Assembly (NCBI GenBank): GCA_050951565.1
Contig: JBMNJH010000012.1
Location: 63,141 to 127,140, forward strand
Length of the DNA stretch: 64,000 bases
Reading direction: 5' to 3'
Origin: Peptococcia bacterium
GTDB taxonomy: Bacteria; Bacillota; Peptococcia; DRI-13; DTU073
Shown piece by piece: positions 9,633-19,810 of the stretch (positions are counted from its first letter, which is position 1; each line of letters starts with the position of its first letter). The position numbers were made by a program, and so were the translations under genes. Below the pieces are notes generated by a model that was given only the letters and a program-made list of their open reading frames with translations, made no database searches and was not told the DNA's origin.

Positions 9633-10256
9633 TTGAAAAAGTTAATCATGACGTTTTTGTGTGGGATGTTTATATTTGCCGCCTGTACCGGCCAGGTTTG
9701 GGGAGCCGAAATTACCGTTTATCTTAACGGAAAACAAGTGGAATTTCCCGAGCAAAAACCGATCATCGTCGAGGATAGGACCATGGTTCCATTTCGGGTA
9801 ATCGCTGAACATCCCGATGTGCAAGGAGAAGTAAGTTGGAACGGCGAAGACCGTAGTGTGACCATTATCGATCGTTCCGGCAAAAGGGTAATCTTCGGGC
9901 TCGACACGGCAACCTACCGGATTATCGAGGGTCCAGGCAGTGACAATGAGGACAATGATCTTAACGACAATAACGGGGAAAAAGAAAAGGCCGGGGACAG
10001 TGTAGAGAGCACAGAGAATACAGACCGGGCGGACAGGAGCGTGGTGAAGGAAAACGATGTGGCTCCGGTGGTGTTGGAGAACCGGCAAATCATGTTGCCC
10101 CTGCGCGCTTTTGCGGAAGCATTTGATTTTGAAGTGAATTGGGATGGAACAACGAGGAGTGTAAGCATCACGGAAAAAGAAGGGTATACGCGACTTCTTT
10201 TGTCACCGGAGGAATGGGTAGCCCGGTTGAACAAGAATAAGGATGAACCCTTGTGA
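9633..10256 (+). CDS. Secreted protein, paralog 1 of the Cu-amine-oxidase-N1-like ('stalk') domain family, with acidic low-complexity insert
   Basis: Probable TTG start with AGGAGG RBS giving signal peptide MKKLIMTFLCGMFIFAACTGQVWGA. Motifs LNGKQVEFPEQKPIIVEDRTMVPFR and MLPLRAFAEAFDFEVNWD are shared with the ORFs at 10437 and 12936. The ORF track starts at 9543. Confidence 0.65.
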   Translation: MKKLIMTFLCGMFIFAACTGQVWGAEITVYLNGKQVEFPEQKPIIVEDRTMVPFRVIAEHPDVQGEVSWNGEDRSVTIIDRSGKRVIFGLDTATYRIIEGPGSDNEDNDLNDNNGEKEKAGDSVESTENTDRADRSVVKENDVAPVVLENRQIMLPLRAFAEAFDFEVNWDGTTRSVSITEKEGYTRLLLSPEEWVARLNKNKDEPL

Positions 10257-10436
10257 GGACCATGGGGGTGCCGGTAAGGTTTACCGGCGGGACCGAAAGC
10301 GTATGTAGGTGTATCCTTAATGTAAAATCGTTCCTTGTTTTTATTTGGTGCATAGTGTAAAATTGTGATAAGAAAAAGATAAAAAAAGTGTAAAAAACAT
10401 TGGGTTTTGTAAGTAATATTAAGGAGGAAAACACCC

Positions 10437-11240
10437 ATGAAAAAAATCACAATTTTATTGTTACTTGCATTTATTTTGACAATGCTGGGAACAGTGGTAG
10501 CATGGGGTGCGAGTACGAGAGACAAGATTGCGGATTATACTGTTCAGTATAGGTATCTAAATGGCATAAGTTCAGCTTTAACTTATGATATTTACGAAGA
10601 GCCCGGTCGTTCGAATGATGAGGTAATTGAAAGTACCTTAAAAAAAGTTCGGGCATCGAATAATAAAGATATTTTCCGGATTACCCATGTGAATGACAAA
10701 GAGATCAGTCGTACCAAATGGGCGAAATATGGGGGAGTCATTAATAGCCGATTCAAAAATGATCCTGCAGGGGTCAAGGCCGCGTCGAAGCCGCCCACAA
10801 CGTCCACTAAAGAGGTAAGGGTGTTTATCAATGGCAAACAGGTTACTTTCCCAGACCAGAAGCCCATTATTATTCAGGGACGCACGATGGTTCCCATGCG
10901 GGCGGTTTTTGAACATCCAGATGTGCAGGCACAAGTAGTATGGAATGAGAAAAACCGCACCGTAACCGCTACGGACCGTTCCGACAAGACGATTGTCTTT
11001 AAGATTGGCGACAACTATTACACGGTGAAAACCGGTTCCAAAGAAGAAAAGAAATACTCCGATGTGGCACCTCGCATCCAAAGCGGCCGAACCCTGTTGC
11101 CCTTGCGGGCTTTGTCCGAGTCCCTTGATTTTGAAGTGAACTGGATTGACAACGAGCGGAAAGTCGACATCAAGGAAAAACCGGGGAACAAACGTAAACT
11201 ACTGCCAGCGGAGGAATGGGAAAAAATCCTGAAAAAATAA
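10437..11240 (+). CDS. Secreted protein, paralog 2 of the Cu-amine-oxidase-N1-like domain family
   Basis: Signal peptide. FINGKQVTFPDQKPIIIQGRTMVPMRAVFEHPDVQAQV and TLLPLRALSESLDFEVNWI are about 70% identical to paralog 3. Confidence 0.8.
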   Translation: MKKITILLLLAFILTMLGTVVAWGASTRDKIADYTVQYRYLNGISSALTYDIYEEPGRSNDEVIESTLKKVRASNNKDIFRITHVNDKEISRTKWAKYGGVINSRFKNDPAGVKAASKPPTTSTKEVRVFINGKQVTFPDQKPIIIQGRTMVPMRAVFEHPDVQAQVVWNEKNRTVTATDRSDKTIVFKIGDNYYTVKTGSKEEKKYSDVAPRIQSGRTLLPLRALSESLDFEVNWIDNERKVDIKEKPGNKRKLLPAEEWEKILKK

Positions 11241-11270
11241 ACCCGTAAAGATTAATAGCGCACGATTAAA

Positions 11271-11297
11271 ACCGGCAGAGCACCTGCCGGTTTTATT
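11271..11297. terminator. Bidirectional rho-independent terminator (CCGGCAG-agcac-CTGCCGG flanked by A- and T-tracts)
   Basis: Hairpin read directly. Lies between the convergent genes 10437..11240 (+) and 11347..12768 (-). Confidence 0.7.
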
Positions 11298-11346
11298 ATG
11301 CGCACCAAACCATTTCTGAGGATTAAATTGGGAGGATGAAAAAGAT

Positions 11347-12768
11347 TCATGGCAGAACGGGCGGGAGGCCGTCGATTAATTGATTGATCGTTACCGGATA
11401 AATGTTTTTTTGCGCAGCAAAGCTGATTAACTCATCGCTGAAACCGTTTTTGGAAAAAAGATAATAATATACTCTGGCGGTATTGTTGCTTGGTTTAAAC
11501 TTGGCAAGAAGAGTATTTAAATCTTTCAAGTTAAAGGGGGCATTTTTGAATTTGCATTCACCGATGAGAAAATGGTTTTTCTCCTTATCGGTGGCCATGA
11601 TGTCTAGCTCGTCCGTCTTGTCCCACCAGCGCCCAATTTTGGTAAAGCGGAAAGGTAGTCTTTCTTGCCTGTTGAGCTTTCTTAAATATTCTCGGCAAAT
11701 CAGTTCAAAGCTCCTCGAGGTAAATTGGTTTAAAGAAGGTTTTACAACCTGATGAAAAACGCCATCTATGTCCCCTGTTTCCAGTTCTGATATACAGGGG
11801 AAAACGAAAGCGTACCAAAAACGGAAGAAGTTGTCGGTAATTTGATACAGCCCTCTTTGAAAGCTCGCTTGTTTCTTAATGCTTTCGGAAACGGGAACCT
11901 CTCGCTCGATAATCCCTAAATCGATCAGGTTTTTTAAATATACCGTCAGCTTATTTTTGTCAATTTGGGTTTTTTGATAGATTTCATTAAGTTTGGTATT
12001 ACCTAAAGCGATTGCTTCAATAATCGTGTTGTAGATGGTGGTTTCCCGTAATTCTTGCCTTATTAAGAATTCTATTTCGGAATAGAGGATACTACCTTTT
12101 TGAAGGATGTTTGCTTTGATGTTTTTCTCCAGTGATTGATTATGATCAAATTGTTTTAAATAGTGGGGGATACCTCCCAGGATGGCATAGGCATATATTT
12201 TCTCCAGATGAGGGTATTTGGGGAAGAATTGAATAGCGTCATAAAAGTCCATTTTGCTCATTTTTAAGATGCCGGTTGCTCTGCCGTAAAGGGGATTTTT
12301 TTCCGCTAATACTTCTTTTTCGATAAAAGACATGGCACTGCCGCAAAGAATGATCATTACATTTTCTGCTTTGAGTTTTTCATCCCATAGTTTTTGTAAT
12401 AGAGAAGGGATAGAGCGATTATTTTTGATCATGTAGGGAAACTCATCGATAATCAGTAGTTTTTTTCCTTCTGAAGGCAATTCGGATACACAGGCAAAAG
12501 CCTGTTCCCAGTCGGCAAACTCGCGCAAGTATTTGGCTGCAGGAACATTCTTTTTAAGCATTCTCGCACTGAAGTCTTTAAGCTGTTTTTCATTCGTACT
12601 TTCGGTACAGGTATAAAAGACATGGTCTTTTCCTTCGCAAAACTTACGCAGGGTTTCAGTCTTTCCGATACGGCGACGACCGTATACCACAATGAGTTGA
12701 CCGCCTTTACTACGGTATTTATCTTCTAAGAATTGCAGTTCGTTTTTTCTGCCGATAAACATCCGCAA
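11347..12768 (-). CDS. AAA-type ATPase of the DUF234 ('archaeal-type ATPase') family
   Basis: Walker A GRRRIGKT, Walker B LLIIDEF. 473 aa with the C-terminal DUF234-like region typical of this family. Confidence 0.75.
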   Translation of the reverse strand: MRMFIGRKNELQFLEDKYRSKGGQLIVVYGRRRIGKTETLRKFCEGKDHVFYTCTESTNEKQLKDFSARMLKKNVPAAKYLREFADWEQAFACVSELPSEGKKLLIIDEFPYMIKNNRSIPSLLQKLWDEKLKAENVMIILCGSAMSFIEKEVLAEKNPLYGRATGILKMSKMDFYDAIQFFPKYPHLEKIYAYAILGGIPHYLKQFDHNQSLEKNIKANILQKGSILYSEIEFLIRQELRETTIYNTIIEAIALGNTKLNEIYQKTQIDKNKLTVYLKNLIDLGIIEREVPVSESIKKQASFQRGLYQITDNFFRFWYAFVFPCISELETGDIDGVFHQVVKPSLNQFTSRSFELICREYLRKLNRQERLPFRFTKIGRWWDKTDELDIMATDKEKNHFLIGECKFKNAPFNLKDLNTLLAKFKPSNNTARVYYYLFSKNGFSDELISFAAQKNIYPVTINQLIDGLPPVLP

Positions 12769-12935
12769 GCCCCCTTAATTTATCAAATCACGATTATTAT
12801 AATCTAGATTTGATTATATTACATTATTTACCTGTTGTCAAGCAAGGGAAAATTCTATTACATTTTTGGCATTGGTTGAAACTGTTGCTATATTTTTGTA
12901 TAATAATACACGTTAGTACTTGTGGAATATTTAGT

Positions 12936-13799
12936 ATGGGGTTAAGGGGGCAGGATGCTGTGAGCAAGAGTAGGAAATCAAAGGTTATCATATTATTGCT
13001 TATTGTTGTTTTAACAAGTGCAAGTTCAGTCGAGGTCTGGGGAGAATTGCCCGGGTATGAGAATGTTGTTAGAAGCTATAAAATAGCCGATTATACCGTG
13101 GAGGTTCGACGCCCCGATGGCAGGCAGCTTATTAGAACTTTTCCAGTTTACAATAGTACAATCTACACAGATGATGAGATGATTGAAGCATCTTTAAAGA
13201 GTTGCTGGACAAATAATGAAAGAGAGCTCTATCGTATCACTCATGTTAACGGTAAGCCAATTGAGCAGACGAAATGGGCTAAATACGGGGGAGTCATCCA
13301 GCATGTAGGTAGAAACTTGATGTTTTCGTATGTACCATTGGAGCCTGCCGTTACCGAGGTGGCCGTGTTCATTAATGGAAAGCAGATTGAGTTTCCCGAC
13401 CAAAAGCCGATCATTATGCTTGGAAGGACAATGGTACCCATGCGGGCAGTTTTCGAGCATCCGGATGTCCAGGCGCAGGTAATCTGGAATGAGGATGAAG
13501 AAACCGTTACGGCTACAGACCGTTCCGGGAAAACCATCGTTTTTCGGATCGGGGAAGAGAATTACCGGGTTAAAACAGGTAACAAGGAAGAACTGAAACA
13601 ATCAGATGTTGCCCCGTTAATTCAAAACAGTCGCACATTGCTTCCGCTACGGGCTTTGGCGGAATCGCTGGATTTTAAGGTGGATTGGATCGGGGAAGAA
13701 AAGAAAGTTGAGATAAAAGAAAAACCGGGGACTAAGCGTAAACTTTTGTCTCCCGAGGAGTGGGCAACCTTTTTAAAGCAGGGGGGGAACACTCAATGA
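12936..13799 (+). CDS. Secreted protein, paralog 3 of the Cu-amine-oxidase-N1-like domain family
   Basis: Start ambiguous: ATG at 12936 or GTG at 12958 with an AAGGGGG RBS. Signal-peptide-like KSKVIILLLIVVLTSASS. The C-terminal 150 aa are near-identical in pattern to paralog 2. Confidence 0.7.
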   Translation: MGLRGQDAVSKSRKSKVIILLLIVVLTSASSVEVWGELPGYENVVRSYKIADYTVEVRRPDGRQLIRTFPVYNSTIYTDDEMIEASLKSCWTNNERELYRITHVNGKPIEQTKWAKYGGVIQHVGRNLMFSYVPLEPAVTEVAVFINGKQIEFPDQKPIIMLGRTMVPMRAVFEHPDVQAQVIWNEDEETVTATDRSGKTIVFRIGEENYRVKTGNKEELKQSDVAPLIQNSRTLLPLRALAESLDFKVDWIGEEKKVEIKEKPGTKRKLLSPEEWATFLKQGGNTQ

Positions 13800-16675
13800 G
13801 AAAACTTCGAAAGTGGAAGTTATCCGTCGTAATATTTTTTCTGGTTTATATAATTACAAGCATCCTGCCGGCAACTTCATTGCCGGTTTTTGCTGCCGCT
13901 CCCCGTTTTGGCATTGATGAATATAACTCCCGACAGATTAAAGACAGCTTCGCAGAAACCGGTTTTCCCTTTCAGGTAGCGTGGTCTTGTGATTTAAAAG
14001 GGAAGGTTAACAGCCAGCCGATTATTGTGGACGGGAATGTCTATGTTCAAGCCGGAAAAGATTTAGTAAAACTATCGTTAGCAGATGGCAAGATTCTGGG
14101 CAGAGTAACAGTAAACAATCATGAGTTACCTTCCGGTTCGTCACCGACTTATGCTAAGACGACTCATGGATCGAGGATTTATCAGGCCACCCGTGATCAC
14201 CGGCTCTGGGCAATTGAGCCGGAAACCTTGAAGCCAATTTGGGATGAACCCTTAATTTTATCTTATGACGGGAAGAATTATGATAAGCGTTACCGGGTCA
14301 CCGCCAGTCCTTTTGTGTATATTCATAATAACCGGACATATATTGCGATAGGCACGGCCAATGGGGACGGCACGGGTCTCCCCGGACAGTATAAGGATAA
14401 CGGTTTCTTCATTATTCAGGATAAGGGTTTCGAAGCACAGGTTGTTTTTAGTGGTAAGTTTGAAGGAGAAGTTACTGGTTCTCCCATTTTTCATCAGGGG
14501 ATGGTTATTGCCACGGAAAATACGCAGAGAGCAGAATCAATGTTGATCAGGTATTCACCGGAGCTGAATCACTACATTTCAATAAATTGTAAACTTCCTT
14601 TTTGTATACCCGGTTCACCGGCAGCAGAAGGCGAATACATTTACGTTGCGGATAGGGAAGGGTGTATCTATAAATTCCATAACAAAAATGCAAATGAAAT
14701 ATGGGCAAATCCTTTCGAACAAGGTGAGTTCGACTTTAATCGGCCACATAACAGCTACAACCTTATGTCACCCACCATTGGTAGCAAATATATCTATCTG
14801 CCGATTCGGAACTACCATAGTAGAGCCACGGGCGGTTCCGGAGCGGTGGTCGCAGTAGATAAAGAAACAGGCTTAACCCATAAAGTGCGCAAGTTTAACA
14901 CGATTCTTCGCTCCAACCTGCTTTACTGGAAACCCTCCCCGGAGTCAGAGCAGGATTATGTATTTGTTTTTGCCTATGACGGGACGGCCTGGGTTTTGGA
15001 TGGACATACCCTTGAGCCTGTACCGTGGTTTTATGACAAGACGGAAAATAGGGTCAAGGAAGTGGTAGAGCTCTTTCCTGTGAGGTCGGGCAGTGATTCC
15101 CCTGAGATGGTTATCGCCGAATCCCACCTTTTGATTACCGATGGCCAAGGCATTATGCATGCGTATAAAGCGGAAGAGCCGATAAACTTCAAAGCAGTAT
15201 CCTTAGAACCGGTGGAACAGGTTCCGGGTGAGGCGAAGGCGGGATATGAGGGCGGCGAGGAGGTCCAGCTTCAATTCACCGTGGAAAACACTTCCCCTGT
15301 CGATTACAGGAATATTCCGATCGTCCTCACTGAGCCGGACGGCACAACTATTCCCGGTGGTACTATAGACTTAGCGGCCGGGGAAAGAAAAACCGTGGTG
15401 CCTTGGACCGTGGAAGTGCCTCCTTCCGACAGTCTGCTTTATCAGGCGACCATCAACCCCGAAGGGCATCCCCAGGAAATCACGGCGGAGGTAAAACCAC
15501 GGATTGATAATACCGCCGAAGTGGAGCTGAATAAAAAGAGTCATGATATTGAGGTAGTGTCCTTGTCGGTGGAAACGCCTACTGATGCCGGGAAGGTGCA
15601 AAACATTGAAGCGGTGATTGTCAATAATACCGGGAGCGAACTGCCGGAGGTGGTCGTCCAATGGCAGGAGGACAGCCAGGTGATTCGTGAAGAAAAGGTA
15701 TCCTTTGCCGTGGGAGAGACCAAAACCCTTTCCTTTGCCTGGCGCGCCCCGGACCGTGAAGATATTATCAATCTGGCCGTGTTGGTTGATCCGGCAGAGC
15801 TCTTGCCGGATACCAACCGGGCCAATAATTTCAAAGAACAATACATTACCGTGCGCAAGCAAGTCCAGCGTAGTTGTACCGAGCCTTTGGAAAGGGCCAG
15901 TTGGGACGTAACCTACAACATTATTGAAGGGTATAATAAGAAAAGAGTATCGTATACCGTGACGGAAAGAGATGAAAACGGGAACGAGGTAAAAAGGCGC
16001 AAGTCGAAATGGGTGACCGATTACAACAACCCGATTTGGAAACCGGTTACCGTCACCTATAACGAAGCGCTTTCCGTGGAAGTCAAAGTGAACACCAAAC
16101 AGGGGATAGCCACCGATCCTAAAAACCCCAAGGAAAGCGACCGGGAAAGCCGGGGTTCCTGGGCCATTATCCCTTATGCTGAGGAACTGTCGAAAAAATT
16201 AGGCAGGCGCGTTGACCCAAATGAGATTACCCGGGCCGGGTATGGTTTTGAAGTAACCGTAGTGACGGATTACCAGAATGACTGGGAAACCAAAGTGCCC
16301 GAGGGTCTGGAGGATACCGCCCAGCCCATTGGAGGAACTTTTAACGGGCCGAAACAGGTCTTCGCGGAATTCTACGATACGAATAACCGCTTTGTTACCG
16401 CTGTGGAAATGGAAAGGGTGTCGGGCAGCAAGGGAACGGGGAAAGCCACCTGGAAGCTGCCGGAAAAGAAGTACACTTTTCAGGACCGAACAACAGTCTT
16501 TGAAAGAAAGCATTACACCAGCCCCGACATCAAGGACGGCGATTACACGGTGCTGGTGCGCGTGGAATACGCAGGCAAGAACGGGCTCTATACCTGCAAA
16601 CAAAAGGTCGTGAAGATTTGGGGCAGTATGTATGATGATTTTTACACCGCCCCTGTGCCCCGCAACCGGCGGTAA
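13796..16675 (+). CDS. Large secreted protein: N-terminal PQQ/BamB-like beta-propeller repeats, central CARDB-type domains, C-terminal region of unknown function
   Basis: ATG overlaps the stop of the preceding paralog (ATGA), suggesting co-translation. Signal anchor KLSVVIFFLVYIITSILPATSLPVFA. Repeated G..YV/AL.DGK..W motifs. CARDB-like segments (VSLSVETPT...VNNTG). Confidence 0.7.
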   Translation: MRKLRKWKLSVVIFFLVYIITSILPATSLPVFAAAPRFGIDEYNSRQIKDSFAETGFPFQVAWSCDLKGKVNSQPIIVDGNVYVQAGKDLVKLSLADGKILGRVTVNNHELPSGSSPTYAKTTHGSRIYQATRDHRLWAIEPETLKPIWDEPLILSYDGKNYDKRYRVTASPFVYIHNNRTYIAIGTANGDGTGLPGQYKDNGFFIIQDKGFEAQVVFSGKFEGEVTGSPIFHQGMVIATENTQRAESMLIRYSPELNHYISINCKLPFCIPGSPAAEGEYIYVADREGCIYKFHNKNANEIWANPFEQGEFDFNRPHNSYNLMSPTIGSKYIYLPIRNYHSRATGGSGAVVAVDKETGLTHKVRKFNTILRSNLLYWKPSPESEQDYVFVFAYDGTAWVLDGHTLEPVPWFYDKTENRVKEVVELFPVRSGSDSPEMVIAESHLLITDGQGIMHAYKAEEPINFKAVSLEPVEQVPGEAKAGYEGGEEVQLQFTVENTSPVDYRNIPIVLTEPDGTTIPGGTIDLAAGERKTVVPWTVEVPPSDSLLYQATINPEGHPQEITAEVKPRIDNTAEVELNKKSHDIEVVSLSVETPTDAGKVQNIEAVIVNNTGSELPEVVVQWQEDSQVIREEKVSFAVGETKTLSFAWRAPDREDIINLAVLVDPAELLPDTNRANNFKEQYITVRKQVQRSCTEPLERASWDVTYNIIEGYNKKRVSYTVTERDENGNEVKRRKSKWVTDYNNPIWKPVTVTYNEALSVEVKVNTKQGIATDPKNPKESDRESRGSWAIIPYAEELSKKLGRRVDPNEITRAGYGFEVTVVTDYQNDWETKVPEGLEDTAQPIGGTFNGPKQVFAEFYDTNNRFVTAVEMERVSGSKGTGKATWKLPEKKYTFQDRTTVFERKHYTSPDIKDGDYTVLVRVEYAGKNGLYTCKQKVVKIWGSMYDDFYTAPVPRNRR

Positions 16676-16685
16676 GTGATATATA

Positions 16686-16715
16686 GGACAACTGTTTTAA
16701 AACAGTTGTCCTTTT
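16686..16715 (+). terminator. Rho-independent terminator (perfect 13-bp palindrome GGACAACTGTTTT/AAAACAGTTGTCC plus a T-tract)
   Basis: Read directly, 10 nt after the stop of the 971-aa gene. Confidence 0.85.
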
Positions 16716-16772
16716 CAGCTAACGAAAAACGGTATAATATGAAAGAAAGCAATTATAAAGGTGGAATTGCGA

Positions 16773-17351
16773 ATGACAGACAATGGTGATAAAACAATCA
16801 GAGCCTTTCTGGGGATTGAACTGGCACCGGAAGTAAAAAAGGCGATCTACGAGTTGCAGCAGCGCCTTAGAAAATACGCGCTCAAAGGCCGCTGGAAGTA
16901 TATCGAGAATTATCATCTTACTTTAAAGTTTTTGGATCAGATAAGTATGGCCCAGTGGAAACAAATTGATGCGGCGATGAGAGAGGTTGCTGGGGGCAAG
17001 AAGCCTTTTGATTTAATTGTATCCGGGATGGGGGTTTTTGCAGGCAAAGGAGCCATCCGGGTCTTATGGCTGGGGCTGAGCGGCGACCTTCCTGAGCTCT
17101 ATTCGTTACAGCGGGAAATTGACCAAGCCCTGACTCCCTTGGGTTTTCCGCCGGAGAAGCGCCCCTACCGACCCCACATTACCATTGGACAAGACATTGT
17201 TTTCGAATGCCCTTTCGACCAGATTCGTGAAAGCAGCGGTGAAGTGCACTTGGGGTTAACCAAAGTGGACAACATATATTTATTCAAAAGTGAGCAAGTT
17301 CAGCAGAAGAGGGTGTATTCGAAGCTCTCTGAATACCAATTGAACGGCTAG
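16773..17351 (+). CDS. thpR: RNA 2',3'-cyclic phosphodiesterase / 2'-5' RNA ligase family (ThpR/LigT)
   Basis: Two H-x-T/S-x motifs (YHLTLKFL and PHITIGQ) define the 2H phosphoesterase fold. ATG at 16773 has a better RBS than the GTG at 16761. Confidence 0.8.
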   Translation: MTDNGDKTIRAFLGIELAPEVKKAIYELQQRLRKYALKGRWKYIENYHLTLKFLDQISMAQWKQIDAAMREVAGGKKPFDLIVSGMGVFAGKGAIRVLWLGLSGDLPELYSLQREIDQALTPLGFPPEKRPYRPHITIGQDIVFECPFDQIRESSGEVHLGLTKVDNIYLFKSEQVQQKRVYSKLSEYQLNG

Positions 17352-17468
17352 CACTCCAACCATTTCCGGAAATTCAAGAAAAAGAGGTAAAAAAGTGGAA
17401 AAATGTAGTATAATATGTTGTATAATATCTTATAAAATCTTTTGAAAAAATCAGGCAAGAGGGGTTTT

Positions 17469-18146
17469 ATGGAGAAGCATTTACACTGGGGACACCGGCA
17501 ACGGGTCAAAAAAAGATTTTTGGAAGAAGGATTAGATGCTTTTGCTGATCATCAGGTGTTGGAGTTGCTGTTGTTTTATTGTATCCCGATGAAGGATACC
17601 AATGAACTGGCTCATAAGATGATCGACCAATTTGGTTCCCTGGCCAATTTGTTTGAAGCCAGGCCGGAAGAGATCTGCGAGCGGTGCAAGGTCAGCGAGA
17701 ACACGGCCATATTAATCTCGTTGATTCCTAAGCTTGCCGGCAGGTATTATCAAGGGAAAAAAGGAAACCGGCCGGTATTAGGCAATCCTAAGGATGCCGG
17801 CGAGTACATCCGGACTCTTTTTGCGGGAAGAACCTATGAGGCTTTTTATGTGGTTAGCCTGGATTCCCAAAACAGGGTGAATCATGCCACGCTGGTCCAC
17901 GAGGGAACAATTAATGAAGCGCCCGTTTATCCAAGGAGGATCGTGGAAACGGCACTGCATCATAAAGCGAATACCATCATCGTGGCCCACAATCATCCCG
18001 GAGGAAGTTTGCGTCCTTCCCGGGGTGATATTGACGTGACCGGGAAAATAAGGATTGCCACGGAATCGATTGGGATCAGGGTAGTTGATCACATCATTGT
18101 GGCCGGGGACCAGTTTTTTAGCTTTGCCGAAAACGGCTTGCTGTAA
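17469..18146 (+). CDS. radC: RadC-like JAB/MPN-domain protein
   Basis: C-terminal JAMM-like motif HNHPGGSLRPSRGDIDVT and N-terminal HhH-like region. ATG at 17469 has an RBS; the ORF track starts at a TTG at 17442. Confidence 0.8.
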   Translation: MEKHLHWGHRQRVKKRFLEEGLDAFADHQVLELLLFYCIPMKDTNELAHKMIDQFGSLANLFEARPEEICERCKVSENTAILISLIPKLAGRYYQGKKGNRPVLGNPKDAGEYIRTLFAGRTYEAFYVVSLDSQNRVNHATLVHEGTINEAPVYPRRIVETALHHKANTIIVAHNHPGGSLRPSRGDIDVTGKIRIATESIGIRVVDHIIVAGDQFFSFAENGLL

Positions 18147-18295
18147 GGCGATTTAAAATAATCTTAAAACATTTGTAAGATGTTTGTAAAATATTTGGAT
18201 GATAATTATAAATAAAGAGGGGATGGGCTGATGATCGGCATATGAGGGAGGATTTGGGCAATGCTAGTACGGAAAAGGATTAAGGAGAGGTGCGC

Positions 18296-18847
18296 ATGGA
18301 CAAATTTACTTTAACCCAGGAAGATGCGGTTTTGATGTTGATTGATATCCAGGAGCGGCTGGTCCCGGCCATGCTCGATGGCCCCAAGATGCTTCAAAAT
18401 ACCAATATCCTCATTACCGTAGCCCAAAAGTTAAATATTCCCGTTATCGTCACCGAACAATACCCCAAAGGCTTAGGGAAGACCGTACCGGAAGTCAGTG
18501 CCAATTTTGACGAACAGGTGGCGGTTTACGAAAAAATCACCTTCAACGGCTGCATTGAGGAAATAGCCGCTGTCTTAAAACAAAACGGGAAGAAGAAAAA
18601 CATCGTAGCGGGCATGGAAACCCACATTTGTGTTTTTCAGACGGTAAGAGAATTACTGGCTCAGGATTACCAGGTGTTTGTGGTGGGGGATGCGGTCTGT
18701 TCCCGCACCAGGGAAAACTACCTGAACGGCCTGGCCCAAATGCAGGCCATGGGGGCGGTGGTAACCAACACCGAAACGGTGGTTTTCGATTTGCTGAAGA
18801 GGGCAGGAACCCCCCTCTTTAAAGAGATGTCCAAGCTGGTCAAATAA
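18296..18847 (+). CDS. Isochorismatase-family cysteine hydrolase
   Basis: LMLIDIQERL (Asp) ... GMETHICVFQT (catalytic Cys) pattern of the isochorismatase/YcaC/PncA family. Confidence 0.75.
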   Translation: MDKFTLTQEDAVLMLIDIQERLVPAMLDGPKMLQNTNILITVAQKLNIPVIVTEQYPKGLGKTVPEVSANFDEQVAVYEKITFNGCIEEIAAVLKQNGKKKNIVAGMETHICVFQTVRELLAQDYQVFVVGDAVCSRTRENYLNGLAQMQAMGAVVTNTETVVFDLLKRAGTPLFKEMSKLVK

Positions 18848-18983
18848 TTGAGCCGCCGGGAAAGGCGGCTTCGCGAAAAAGCTATTTTAAGGGAGGTGGT
18901 TAGCTAAAAAAATTTTAAATTATTCCGTATAATGCTTTGGGATTCAATCGCATGGTTTGAAATATTTGACGGGAGGTATGTAG

Positions 18984-19799
18984 ATGTCAAAAAATAGTGG
19001 TGTAAAAGGTTTGGTGATTATTTTAGTCGTGGCGGTGCTGCTAGCGGGGGGCTGGTTTGTTTACAAAGCCTACAAGGCGGATCCGGCCGTTGAAGAGAAT
19101 CTCCCGGGAGCCGACCAGCCGGCCGTTGGCCAGGATGTTTTAACGGGTGAAGCTAATGGGTCAAATGTAGTGGATGTATCCCCTAGTACCGTGGGGCTCC
19201 CGGAAGGAATCGACCTTAATACGGCTGATTTTCCTAACGTGGAGAAAGAGTATCTCCTGGCCGATGGGAGCAAATTGTTGTATAAAGCAGGCGAGTATGA
19301 ACAACACGTCATCACCATTTCATCCGGAGGGGAAGAAAAAATAATTAATCGTTACCCTTCCTGCTCGCAGCCGGTGGTGTCTCCGGACGGCACCAGATTT
19401 GCCTATATCGATGTCCTGGAGTGGGAAGAATTAGGAGAAGTATACCTGTATGATGTGGAAACAGGGACCCAGGAATTAATCATGAAAAGAAACAAAGATT
19501 TTGAAAGCCAACATACCCCCAAGGATCTGGTTTGGCTGGACGATAACCACCTGTTGGCCGTCATTGGGTTTGCTTATGGAACGGTGAGCGTGGGAGGTAA
19601 TCTGTACGTTTACGACCTTCAAAAACAAGAAACCAGGTTAGCCTTGGAGGCCGGAGAGCGGGAAGAAATCACCAGTGTAAAAGTGGCTCCGGACAAGGTC
19701 ATCGTACACTATGTAGAGTTTGACGAGGAATATAATCATACCACTGATGTAAAGAAAGAATTCTCCAGGGCGGGTTTCTTAGAGCTTGTTGAAAAATAG
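18984..19799 (+). CDS. N-terminally membrane-anchored hypothetical protein (beta-rich extracytoplasmic domain)
   Basis: TM helix LVIILVVAVLLAGGWFVY then 240 aa with no known motifs. Confidence 0.55.
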   Translation: MSKNSGVKGLVIILVVAVLLAGGWFVYKAYKADPAVEENLPGADQPAVGQDVLTGEANGSNVVDVSPSTVGLPEGIDLNTADFPNVEKEYLLADGSKLLYKAGEYEQHVITISSGGEEKIINRYPSCSQPVVSPDGTRFAYIDVLEWEELGEVYLYDVETGTQELIMKRNKDFESQHTPKDLVWLDDNHLLAVIGFAYGTVSVGGNLYVYDLQKQETRLALEAGEREEITSVKVAPDKVIVHYVEFDEEYNHTTDVKKEFSRAGFLELVEK

Positions 19800-19810
19800 C
19801 CTTCGCCCAC

